From: Mobula hypostoma
Lineage: Eukaryota
Direction of reading: 5' to 3'
DNA length: 64,000 nucleotides
Assembly: GCF_963921235.1 (NCBI RefSeq)
Contig: NC_086097.1
Location: 245,646,001-245,710,000 of the forward strand
Shown: one piece after another, positions 51,169 through 63,366 of the stretch
Layout: every line of letters starts with the position of its first letter
Numbering within the stretch: position 1 is the stretch's first letter
Made by a program: the position numbers and the translations under genes
Notes under the pieces: generated by a model
What the model saw: only the letters and a program-made list of their open reading frames with translations
Database searches by the model: none
Told to the model about the DNA's origin: nothing

Positions 51169-52689
51169 ATAACCCTGGAGGAGTTGAAGTCATATTGATG
51201 AGCAGAAAAGAATGAAAGAAACCTGAAACTTTCAGCGCACAAGCTCTTTAAATCTCTCCAGCGTAAAGTGTCACAGTCAGTGCTTAATCATATTTTTGGA
51301 TCAGACTTCATGAACAGAGGCATCTTTATTTACAAGGAAATCAAAGTTAATATTGTGGAAAATGAGTCATGATATGTAGATGGCACTGCGCATATCCGTG
51401 GTAATCAGTTACCACGCAGTAATTACATGGACTTTGAAGGAAAAAAATGAAATTGTTTTAAAGCAAATCCTCACTGTGAGCAGAAGGAATCATTTTTAAC
51501 ACACTTAACCAAGCGCTAAACACATGCCTAATATTCTACAAATACTTTTCAAATGAGTCTGCCATTACGTCTTGTAATTACTGAGCGAATGTGCCCGGAG
51601 CTAGGTAATAAATCTGATGTAATCTCTGCGTGTATTAAGGAGAATAAAGGGGACTGTTTGTGCATCAGACTCAGAGAATTTGTGAGTATGGATATACCCT
51701 GATATTGGAGACATCACCCCCCCCCCCACCCAACCACTTGCGTCCAATGTCAGACTCTGGTTATTTTGGTTGTCAAAAAAATCAGGTCGTAAAGGTTTAT
51801 AGAGACCTGGTTAATCTGGATCGAGGCAGCTTCCCTTTTGTGCATCAATAATCTGAATTAAAATTAAATTAAAAGCTCATAAAATGAAATATGTTTCATA
51901 TTAGCCACTTGACACTTAATTTGCCTCTGAATAAGGAAAGAAATCTCAAATTAACCTCTCTATGTTTTTTTCTAGGCAGGTCTTATTAGGGTTAGTAATA
52001 ACTGCAATTATCTCTGTGATAATATTAACCTATGTGCATATGAATATGTATTCAACTGTGGCACCTCTGACGCATTTGTGACTGCACTGCAACCATCTTG
52101 TCTGGGTTCATTACGCAGGATCATTCCTGCGATGGAAACAGTGCTGAGTGGCATGCAACACAGGTTGTGTTCAGGCCTCAAACTTATATTCTGTCTGGGC
52201 AGCATGAATATCCATTTCTCCTTCCGGTAAAATAAAATTCCCCACTCTGGCCCCTTACCTCTTCTCACCTATCTGTCACCTCCCCCTGAGTCCCTTCCTC
52301 TTTCCCTTTCTCCTATGGTCCACTCCCCGCTCCCATCAGATTCCTTCTCCAGCCCCTTATCTTTCCCACCTCCTGACTTCACCTATCACCTTCTTGTTAT
52401 CCTCCTTCTCCTCTCTCCACCTTTTTAATCTAGCATCTTTCCCCCTTCCTTTCTAGTCCTGAAAAAGGGCCTCAGCCCAAAACGTTGACTGTTTATTCAT
52501 TTCCATAGATGCTGCCAGACCTCGTGAGTTCCTCCAGCATTTTGTGTGTGTAGCTTTCAAACTTCAGTAACCTAACAGATAGACATTGCTCTGATTTCAG
52601 GAGAAATATTTCTCCTGTCCACCCATTCATCATCAACAACTCTTGAGTTAGACTGTTTCAAGATCGTTGAATCCTGATGCTTTAGGTCA

Positions 52690-53200
52690 TCTACCTACAG
52701 GAAAGATGTGAATAAGGTTGAAAGGTACAGAGAAAATTTTCGAGGATGTTGCTGGGTCTGGAGGGCCTGAGTTATAGGGAAAGCTTGAATAAATTAGGAC
52801 TTTATTCCTTGGAACGTAGAAGATTGAGGAGAGATTTGTTTGAGGTATACAGAATTATGAGGGGTATAGGTAGGGGAAATGCAAGCAGGTTTTTTCCACT
52901 GAGGTTGGGTGGGACTACAACTGGAGGTCATGGATTGAGGGTGAAAAGTGAAATGTTTAAGTGGAGCATGAGGGGGAATTTCTTCACTCAGAGGGTTGTG
53001 AGAGTGTGGAATGAGCTGCCAGCACAAGAGGTGCACACGAGCACAATTTCAATGCTTAAGAGAATTTTGGATAGGTACATAGACGGTACGGGTCCGGAGG
53101 GCTGTGCTCCCGGTGGAGATTGATGAGAGTATGCAATATAAGTGGCTCGGCACAGACTAGATGGGCTGAAGGGTCTGTTTCTGTGTCGTACTTTTCTATG
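52690..53200 (+). mobile_element. CR1 3' fragment
   Basis: ORF 52746-53123 LGLYSLERRRLRRDL..NFFTQRVVRVWN. Confidence 0.88.
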
Positions 53201-53450
53201 ATTCAAAGGTTTTTTGAAAATGAGGGGAGAAGTGTGGTGAGAGACAGAGGACAGAGCAGACAAAGGGAAGAGCAGGCAGGGTGAGAGCCTAAGGAAAGAG
53301 AGTGAACAAAGGTGGTCTGGTCTATCACACTACTGAATCCAACAGATAACTATTAACCAATAAAATAGCCATATTCAAGTAATGTGACACCTGCTACTGA
53401 AAAGATGTTTCCAGAAAATTACAGAGGTAACTGTAACCACTGGATAAGGC

Positions 53451-53870
53451 TGTCATGGTCCCGATTGTTAGTTCCCTATCTTGCTCCTAATTTCCTTTGA
53501 TTTTGCTACGGTTCTGACCGTTAATTTCCCAATTGCTCCTAATTCGCTTTGATGATGGCACACCTGGTTTCCATCAAGAATTGCAGTATAAGAACCTCGG
53601 CATCACAACCACTAGTCGCCAGTTCGTTGTTTTTTTTTCCTGTGAGATAACTATGTTTCCCGACTGCTTAGAACCGTTTGTTCTAAGTTTAGCTCCAATT
53701 TCAAGGTTTACCGAAGAGACTCTGTCTCTCTGAATCAAGGCTCCATATCAAGGCTCCGTGTCAAGATCCCTCCTGTTTGCTGTTCAGCATTTACGCCCGT
53801 GTAAACATCCAAACTCATTCTCCGTGCCTGTGTCCTGCACTTGGGTTCACTTCCTTTGCTCATTGCAACA
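53451..53870 (+). mobile_element. Gypsy-like solo LTR
   Basis: TGTCA...CAACA termini. 5-bp TSD AAGGC at 53446-53450 and 53871-53875. Internal cacctg..tataag and ctgcacttgggttc motifs. Confidence 0.85.
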
Positions 53871-56105
53871 AAGGCACCGAACAGTTACATGCAGAGAGGT
53901 GATTGTATAAAAATACAAACAATCATAAGAAAGTTAAACTAATTAAACTATGAGGAAAAATAACAATTCTACAGCCCAATCCAATAATGTTCAGGTTCCT
54001 AGACATCATTATTTCACAGGACCTCATATCCTTCATGCAGGTTCTGCATGTCATCCAAAACTTTGACAAACTTCTATAGCTGCACAGTGGAGAGCATCCT
54101 GACCAGTGATGGAGAAGCCTTCAAAAACTGGTAGACACAGCCCAGTCCATCACAGACAATCCCCTCCCTACCACCAAGACATGAACAAGGAGCATTGCCG
54201 CAAGAAAGCAGCATCCGTCATCAAGGACCTACACCATCCAGGCCATATTCTCTTCATGCTGCTGCCCCAGAGGTACAGGAGCCCCAGATGCTGACACTGA
54301 GATTCATTTTCTTGCAAACATTTACCGTGGCGTATACATACTTCGTTAATAAATTTACTTTGAATACTTTTCATTAACAAAACGGCTTGGCAGAGAATGA
54401 ACTTCTCACAGCTGTTGGTGAAATGCTCTCTTCCCCAGAACATACTGATGCAATTCTACACTGCCGTCATCGAGAGCATTTTCACATCAGCCATCACTGT
54501 CCAATTTGGTGCAGCACCCTCTCGCAGTGTACAAAAACTACAGTGGACTGTCAGCTCAGAAAATGGCGTTGGCTGCATTTACCATCACTGAATGAAGAAG
54601 CAGGCAGGCAAAATCTTTGTGAAAACTGCCTACTCTGTAAACCGTCTTTTCCAAAAGTTCCCATTGGGAAAGAACCATAGGGCTATAAAAACAAAAACTT
54701 CACACCATCTTTAAAGTTTCTTCCACTAAGCAGTTTAATCTATTCAACCATTCTAGTTAGCCCTCCCCCACCCACGAATTCTATTACCCTGTCACTGCAT
54801 TGCACTGTAAACTCTTTAAATCACTGTTTATAATGCTGTTTACATTGTAAATAACATGATGGTATTTATGTATTTATGCATATTTTATTCCACATCCACA
54901 CTTTAATCTCTAACTTTATTTTTCACATAATTCTTTATTTGTATAATTGTTGAATGTTGTTTTCTGTTGCATGTCACGCTCTGAACAACACACCACAGCA
55001 AGTTCCTGACACATGTCAATGTGCACTCAGTAGCCACTTTATTATATACATCTGCATACTTGACTGTTAATGCAAATATCTAATCAGCCGATCATATGGC
55101 AGCAACTCAGTTCATAAAGCATGCAGGCATGGCCAAGAGATTCGGCAGATGTTCAGACCAAACCCCAGAATGGGGAAGAAATGTGAGCCATGTGAGTCCA
55201 TGAAATAATTGTTGGTGTAAGATGGGATGGTTTGAGTATCAGAAACTGCTGATCTCCTGGGATTTTCATGCGCAACAATCTCTAAATTTTACAGAGAATG
55301 GTGCAAAGAACAACAAAAGAAAAAATCCAGTGAGTAGCAGTTCTCCGGGCGAAATTGCCTTGTTAATGAGAGAGTTCAGAGGAGAATGGGCAGACTGGTT
55401 CAAGGTGACAGTAACTCAGGTAGCCACGTTTTGTGCAGAAGTGCATCCCTGTACGCACACCATGTCAAACCTTGAAGTGGATGGACTACAGCAGCAGAAG
55501 ACCATGAACATGCACCCAGTGGTCACCTAGGTGCAGGAGGTACCAGATGAAGTGGCCATGGAGTGCACAATATATAATGAATAAAGTTGATTCTTGAAGT
55601 GGAGGATCTTGATGCTTTTACTCTGGTTTTCCTTAAACCTTGCTGTCCCAAACTAAAGGTTGTTGTCTCTTCTTCTTTTGTTTGGAGAGGGAAACCTTAC
55701 TGCCCGCTGCACAGTTTTGGAATGTAGTTGCCGATGCTTCATTGGGACTAAGCTTGGCCCGGCATCAGTGAAACAAACAACAGACTGGTTGTCCTATGCT
55801 GTTGTCTAAGGATGTGTTGACACTGGGGCAGCACGGTAGTGAAACGGTCGGTGTAATGCTGTCGCAGCTCCAGCTATAAGATCCATTTCTCACCGCTGTC
55901 TGTCTGGAGTTTGTACTTTCTCCCCGTGAGTACGTGCGTTTTCTTGGGTGCTCCAGTTTCCTCCCACATTCCAAAGACGTACGGGTTAGGATTAGTCAGT
56001 TGTGGGCGTGCTATTTTGGCACCAGGTGCATGCAAACACTTGCAGGCTGCCCCCAGCTCGATCCCTGCTGATTTGATTGGACGTAAACGATGTATTTCAC
56101 TGTAT

Positions 56106-56995
56106 TCAAACCACAAACAAGAGAAAATCTGGAGGAACTCAGCAGGCCAGGCAGCACCTATGGGAAAAGGTACAGTCGACGTTTCAGGCCGAAACCCTTC
56201 AGCAGAACTGGAGAAAAAAAGCTGAGGAGTAGATTTAAAAGGTGGGGAGAGGGGAAAGAGAAACACCAGGTGATAGGTGAAACCTGGAGGGGGAGGGATG
56301 AAGCAAAGTGCTGGGAAGTTGATTGGTGAGATGAGGTGAGAGAGGGAAAAGGGGATGGGAAATAGAGAGGGGGGTGGTGGTCAGGGGGCATTACTGGAAG
56401 TTTCAGAAATCGATGTTCATGCCATCAGGTTGGAGGCTACCCAAATGGAATATAAGGTGTTGTTCCTCCAACCTAAGTGTGGCCTCATCACGACAGTGGA
56501 GGAGGCCATGGATGGACATATCGGAGTGGGAATGGGAAGTGGAATTAAAATAAGTGGCCGCTGGTTGATCCTGCTTGTTCTGGCGGACAGAGCGTAGATG
56601 CTCGGCAAAGCGATCTCCCAGTCTACATTGGGTCTCACTGATGTACAGGAGACCACACAGGGAGCACTGTACACAGTAACTGACCCCAACAGACTCACAG
56701 GTGAAGTGCCGCCTCACCTGGAAGGACTGTTTAGGGCCCTGTGTGGTACTGAGGGAGGAGGTGGAGGGGCAGGTGTAGCACTTGTTCTGCTTGCAAGGAT
56801 AAGTGCCAGGAGGGAGATCAGTGGGGAGGGACGAATGGACAAGAGAGTCACATAGGGAGCGATCCCTGCGGAAAGCTGAAGGTGGGGGGGGGTGGAGGGA
56901 AAGATGTGCTTGGTGGTGGGATCCTGTTGGAGGTGGCGGAGGTTTTGGAGAATTATGTGCTGGACGTGGAGGCTGGCGGGGTGGTAGGTGACTTC
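56106..56995 (-). mobile_element. Neptune-type Penelope-like element fragment (Cys-rich linker, GIY-YIG endonuclease, terminus) inserted in a SINE
   Basis: ORF 56403-57017 PCKQNKCYTC..VSYCVQCSLCGLLYISET..RFAEH..GMNIDF. TSD CACTGTAT at 56098-56105 and 56996-57003. Confidence 0.9.
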
Positions 56996-57668
56996 CACTG
57001 TATGTTTCAGTGTACATGTGACAAATAAAGCTTATCTTTATCTTTGATCAGTTTCTTTAAATATTTTGACCTTCACCTTCCAGTTCATGTCACTGCACTT
57101 CTGCAATGATTTAACAGATATTTGGTTTGGAAACAGTGCTGTACGCCGTCTGAGAAACAGTCCACTTTATAAAGTGTGTACCTAACTCTCGATCCAAAGA
57201 ACCAGAACGCATTGTAGTCTAAACACAGTGTGCTTATGTATTGCTTCAGTATGTAAGTAGATTTACAAAAATAACATGGGACAAAGAGGATTGTACATCG
57301 CGCATTAAAGTTACTGGGCTGGAGTAAATGATCCAAAAGGTTGTTACTTTCTGGCGGCTAAAACCTTTTAGATGTCGTCAACAATAATCGTCGAAGGAAT
57401 GAAGCCGAAAAGTAGCATAGTATTTGAAGATCTGAGGAATTTAGTGAAAGAAACAGCAGCGAGGTTTATTTGTGCTTTAGTCAGCAGTATTAGTCAAGCA
57501 AAAAGATATTGAGTGAAACATTCACATGCACTGAACCAGAATTAAGCCTCGCCCTTCAGGGGCCACTGGTAAACCTGTTGCAGTTTCAGTTCCACAAGGA
57601 AGTGGACTGTGACAGTGTTCTCCAAACACAGTGCTTGAACGAGTATTAAAGGCAAGGATATCTCGCAA

Positions 57669-59452
57669 CAGGTGAATTGATTATGGGGAGCAAGGACATG
57701 GCAGACCAATTGAATAATTACTTTGGTTCTGTCTTCACTAAGGAGGACATAAATAATCTTCCAGAAATAGGAGGGGACAGAGGGTCCAGTGAGATGGAGG
57801 AACTGAGGGAAACACATGTTAGTAGGGAAATGGTGTTAGGTAAATTGAAGGGATTGAAGGCAGATAAATCCCCAGGGCCAGATGGTCTGAATCCTAGAGT
57901 GCTTAAGGAAGTAGCCCAAGAAATAGTGGATGCATTAGTGATAATTTTTCAAAACTCGTTAGATTCTGGACTAGTTCCTGAGGATTGGAGGGTGGCTAAT
58001 GTAACCCCACATTTTAAAAAAGGAGGGAGAGAGAAACTGGGGAATTATAGACTGGTTAGCCTAACGTCGGTGGTGGGGAAACTGCTGGAGTCAGTTATCA
58101 AAGATGTGATAACAGCACATTTGGAAAGCGGTGAAATCATCGGAGAAAGTCAGCATGGATTTGTGAAAGGAAAATCATGTCTGACGAATCTCATAGAATT
58201 TTTTGAGGATGTAACTAGTAGAGTGGATAGGGGAGAACCAGTGGATGTGGTATATTTGGATTTTCAAAAGGCTTTTGACAAGGTCCCACACAGGAGATTA
58301 GTGTGCAAACTTAAAGCACACCGTATTGGGGGTAAGGTATTGGTGTGGGTGGAGAATTGGTTAGCAGACAGGAAGCAAAGAGTGGGAATAAACGGGACCT
58401 TTTCAGAATGGCAGGCGGTGACTAGTGGGGTACCGCAAGGCTCAGTGCTGGGACCCCAGTTGTTTACAATATATATTAATGACTTGGATGAGGGAATTAA
58501 ATGCAGCATCTCCAAGTTTGCGGATGACACGAAGCTGGGTGGCAGTGTTAGCAGTGAGGAGGATGCTAAGAGGATGCAGGGTGACTTGGGTAGGTTGGGT
58601 GAGTGGGCAAATTCATGGCAGATGCAATTTAATGTGGATAAATGTGAAGTTATCCACTTTGGTGGCAAAAATAGGAAAACAGATTATTATCTGAATGGTG
58701 GCCGATTAGGAAAAGGGGAGGTGCAACGAGACCTGGGTGTCATTATACACCAGTCATTGAAAGTGGGCATGCAGGTACAGCAGGCGGTGAAAAAGGCGAA
58801 TGGTATGCTGGCATTTATAGCGAGAGGATTCGAGTACAGGAGCAGGGAGGTACTACTGCAGTTGTACAAGGCCTTGGTGAGACCACACCTGGAGTATTGT
58901 GTGCAGTTTTGGTCCCCTAATCTGAGGAAAGACATCCTTGCCATAGAGGGAGTACAAAGAAGGTTCACCAGATTGATTCCTGGGATGGCAGGACTTTCAT
59001 ATGAAGAAAGACTGGATGAACTAGGCTTGTACTCTTGGAATTTAGAAGATTGAGGGGGGATCTGATTGAAACGTATAAAATCCTAAAGGGATTGGACAGG
59101 CTAGATGCAGGAAGATTGTTCCCGATGTTGGGGAAGTCCAGAACGAGGGGCCACAGTTTGAGGATAGAGGGGAAGCCTTTTAGGACCGAGATTAGGAAAA
59201 ACTTCTTCACACAGAGAGTGGTGAATCTGTGGAATTCTCTGCCACAGGAAACAGTTGAGGTCAGTTCATTAGCTATATTTAAGAGGGAGTTAGATATGGC
59301 CCTTGTGGCTACGGGGGTCAGGGGGTATGGAGGGAAGGCTGGGGTGGGGTTTTGAGTTGGATGATCAGCCATGATCATAATAAATGGCGGTGCAGGCTCG
59401 AAGGGCCGAATGGCCTACTTCTGCACCTATTTTCTATGTTTCTATGTTTCTA
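57669..59452 (+). mobile_element. Young 5'-truncated CR1, same subfamily as 9897-13127, with one frameshift near 59035
   Basis: ORFs 57677-59053 and 59035-59355 are nearly identical in protein to 10989-12326 and 9993-10967. 1-bp deletion (tactc-ttggaa). (TTTCTATG)n tail. Confidence 0.95.
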
Positions 59453-59524
59453 GAACAGAAAGCCAAGCCGTGATTTGAACCGCATGTGCTCCAGAAGCTG
59501 CTAAACAAAGGGAAAATGAAGTTT

Positions 59525-60305
59525 AAACATGAGAGGTTCTACAAATTGCAGAGCCACAGACACAAAGTGCTGGAGGAACTCAGCAAGTCAGGCAGCATCT
59601 GTGGGAAGGAATAGACAGTCGACATTTCAGGCTAAGACTCTTCGTCAGGACTGGAAAGGAAGGGGGAAGAAACTAGACGAAGAAGATGGGAAGGAGTAGA
59701 AGCTGGAAGGTGATAGGTGAAGCTGGGTAAGAGATGAGGTAGGTGATTGAGGAAGATGGTTGAAATAAGAAGGTGGGAGAGGTAAAGCTGAAGAAGAGGG
59801 ATGGTAGCATAGTGGTTAGGAAGATGTTGTTGTAGCTGGGGGCGTTCCGGAGTCTGGAATTCGATTCCGGCACCTTTCTGTAAGGAATCCCTGTGGAACG
59901 CATGGGCTTTCTCCAGGTGCTCTGGTTTCCTCCCACAGTCCAAAGACGTACTGGGTAGGTTAATTGGTTATTGTAAGTTGTCCTGTGACTAGGTTGGGCC
60001 TAAAATGGAAACAACAGGAATTCTGCAGATGCTGGAAATTCAAGCAACAACTTTGATGTGTGGGGCTAAATTGGGTTTGTCTGGGGTTGCTGGGCTCGAA
60101 GGGTCAGAAGGGCCCACTCTGTGCTGTATCTCAATAAATAAATTAAGAGAGGGAAGCATGGGAAAAGGGGAAGGGGAGGGGCGCTAGAGGGAGAAGTGGG
60201 CAGGTGAGGAGACGAGAAGGGGTGAGAGGGGAGCCAGAATGGGGAATGGAAAAAGGAAGGAGGAGGAGGGAGGAAGGAGAAATTACCTGTTTGAAAAATC
60301 AATGT
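59525..60305 (-). mobile_element. Penelope-like 3' UTR/terminus interrupted by a SINE (59798-60143), which holds another short Penelope-like end (about 60009-60060)
   Basis: Shared terminus sequence; the purine-rich UTR resumes after the SINE's aataaa tail. Confidence 0.75.
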
Positions 60306-62218
60306 ACATTTGTTCCGTTTTGAAAACTGACTTTATTCTTTATTCACTTATCCAAAACAAAGCCAAATTCAGAGTTAATTGTATAACCATTCAGTGTTTC
60401 CTTTTACCTGCAGGAATCATAAAGGGATAATTATAATCAAGTTAGAAGCAGGTAGCATGTATGGACTTCCTTGGGTTTTAGGAGAATCGGCCAGCTGTAA
60501 ATGTGATACTACTTAGGGACAAGGAATGTTCTTTTGTTTAAAAAAAAAAGGCCACAGTAATGACCACAGTATCACAGAGCAGACAGTGACGACCATGGTC
60601 CTTTGTGTAATCTGAGTGTTTCCTGGCTCCCAGCCTTCTCCGTTGGTCTCAGAATGTTGCGTGGTCTGAGTTTACAACTCTCTGTAGCCTCTTTCAATTG
60701 CATGCATTAGTGTCCCCAGAGCAGGTGCTGATGCAGCCAGTCAGAATGCACTCCACCCTATATCCGTAGAAATTTGCTACAGTCCCCTCAAACTCCCAGT
60801 GAAGTATAACCAGTGGTGTGCCTCCTTTGTGAATGCATCAATACATGGGGTCCAGGATAGATCTTCCTGCCATAATCCATCTATTCTGTTGTTAGTGTGG
60901 ATCGCGATATCAGGATGCTGAACTAGCTTTGAAGAATGGCCAGGAATTGCCAGCTTGGTAGTTGAAGCTAAGAATTGCACCCGCTGCACTGTATCTGTGA
61001 GATTGTAAAGTCTGCCTAGTCAATCCACACAACTCTGGATGGAACTCATTATTCTGAAATGCTGACTGGAAACACTCTGACGACCAAAGGTACAGCATAT
61101 ATATTTCATGAAATCAATTAGTAAGTAATGCAGCACTTCCTAATCTTCCCAATTTTCTTAAATTGCACTGTGTTTTAGAGCTGCCAATGCACTTCTCATC
61201 AAGCAGTTAGGAGATCATCATGCACTGATATTAATTTTGTGCCAACCAGCCTTCCAGTCAAGATGGTGCCGAGCTGCCGTCTCCACCAAGGCCGTGGCTC
61301 AGGTTTCGTGTTTTTTTTCTGAAGTTTGTTCAAAAGTTCGAAGTTCAAAGAGTTGGAGGATTATCCACGTGTGTGTGGGTGGGTGGGAGGAAAGAGGTTG
61401 TTTTGCTGCTAGCTGTGCTCTGTTTTGTGTTGTTCTGCCAAGCATGCTGTGTTAGTGCCAGGACAGAACACAGAAGGTTACGGCACAGTGCAGGCTCTTC
61501 GACCCACGATCTGTGGCGACACTTGCAGGCTGCACCCCTGCACAACCTTATGTGATTGTTAACACAAACGGTGCGTTTCACTGTATGTTTTGAAGAACAC
61601 ATAATAAGTAAGTCTGAATTGGAGTGTCCCGACTGCATAGCAGTTAGTGTAAAACTATACAGCCCCAGCGACCCAGGTTCGTTTCTGTAAGGAGTTTGTA
61701 CCATCTCTCCTGACCATGTGGGTTTCCTTCAGGGGCTCCTCTCACATTCCAAGGACATATGGGTTAGTAGTTTAATTGGACAGCGCGGGTGTGTTCGGCC
61801 AGAATGACCTGTTACCGTGTTGTATCTCTAATTAAAAAAAATAATCAAAAGCACCTTTGATTGAAGGCAGTTTTTTACATGTTTCCACCACTAAGAACAA
61901 AAAAATTATTTAAACATTAAGCCATTTGACATGAAGTAAAATACTAAAAAGAAATCTTTCTCCTCTGCCGCCTAATCCTCACAGAGTTCCAATGAGAGTC
62001 ACTGAGGGATCAGATTGTACAACAGGTCTGTTGTGGGATTTGACAGGCAATTTCCCAATGTGATGCCATAAGACACTGGAGCAGAATTAGGCCATTCGGC
62101 CCATCGAGTCTGCTCCACCATTCCATCATGACCAATTTGTTACCCCTCTCAACCCCATTCTCTTCCCTTCTCCCCGTAACCTTTGACACCCTGACTAAGC
62201 AAGAACCTGTTAAGCTCC

Positions 62219-62606
62219 TGTCATGATGTGCATTGGAACTCAAGTGCAGAAGAACGACAGACTCTAATGCAGAGATAGCGATGAGCTCTTATTCATAATA
62301 ATTCCAGAAGAACACCGCGAGAAGTAACATTCTCAAAACTAGGACCCCGTGATTAACACTAATCAGGCATCCGCTGAAATAATACAAGTAACACAGAACC
62401 CCAAACATATCAAAATAAACTCAACAAGTTTAAACAGAAATTACCAGGAGACCACATTACAAAGAGCGAGTCACTTGAGAAAAAGACAAGGAATTCTGAA
62501 CAATTAGTAACTCTTGTTAAACAACAATTAACCAATTCAGATGCTCTAGAAACCTCGAAGCCCAACACTCTCCAGTGCCTCTCACAGGCCTGAAGAACTC
62601 ATTACA
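62219..62606 (-). mobile_element. Gypsy-like solo LTR
   Basis: TGTCA...TTACA termini. 5-bp TSD GCTCC at 62214-62218 and 62607-62611. Confidence 0.85.
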
Positions 62607-62821
62607 GCTCCACTTTAAATATACCCAATCACTGGCCTCCCTAGCTGTCTGCAGCAATGAATCCTACAGATTCACCACCCTCTTGTGAAGAAATCACTTG
62701 ACATTTCGGTTCTAAAGGGACAACCCTGTATTCTAAAGCTGTGGCCTCTGGTCTTAGACTCCCTCAACTATAGGAATCATCCTCTCCCTCTCCACATTCA
62801 CTCAATCTAGGTCTTTCAATA

Positions 62822-63366
62822 CCCACCCCATTCCCGTTCTGACATGTCTATCCACGGCCTCCTCTACTGTAAAGATGAAGCCACACTCAGGTTGGAGGAA
62901 CAACACCTTATATTCCATCTGGGTAGCCTCCAACCTGATGGCATGAACATTGACTTCTCTAACTTCCGCTAGGCCCCACCTCCCCCTCGTACCCCATCTG
63001 TTACTCATTTTTATGCACACATTCTTTCTCTCACTCTCCTTTTTCTCCCTCTGTCCCTCTGAATATACCTCTTGCCCATCCTCTGGGTCACCCCACCCCC
63101 CTGTCTTTCTTCCCGGACCTCCTGTCCCATGATCCTCTCGTATCCCCTTTTGCCTATCACCTGTCCAGCTCTCGGCTCTATCCCTCCCCCTCCTGTCTTC
63201 TCCTATCATTTTGCATCTCCCCCTCCCCCTCCAGCTTTCAAATCCCTTACTCACTCTTCCTTCAGTTAGTCCTGACGAAGGGTCTCGGCCTGAAACGTCG
63301 ACTGCGCCTCTTCCTATAGATGCTGCTTGGCCTGCTGCGTTCACCAGCAACTTTGATGTATGTTGC
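62822..63366 (+). mobile_element. Young 5'-truncated Penelope-like element
   Basis: SDMSIHGLLYCKDEATLRLEEQHLIFHLGSLQPDGMNIDFSNFR*. 10-bp TSD TCTTTCAATA at 62812-62821 and 63367-63376. Confidence 0.92.
63268..63303 (+). ncRNA. Minimal type I hammerhead ribozyme motif in the Penelope-like terminus
   Basis: AGUC-CUGACGA-AGGGUCUCGGCCU-GAAA-CGUC^GACU: stem I AGUC/GACU, intact CUGANGA and GAAA boxes, short stem II, palindromic loopless helix III (ACGU), GUC cleavage triplet. Confidence 0.75.
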
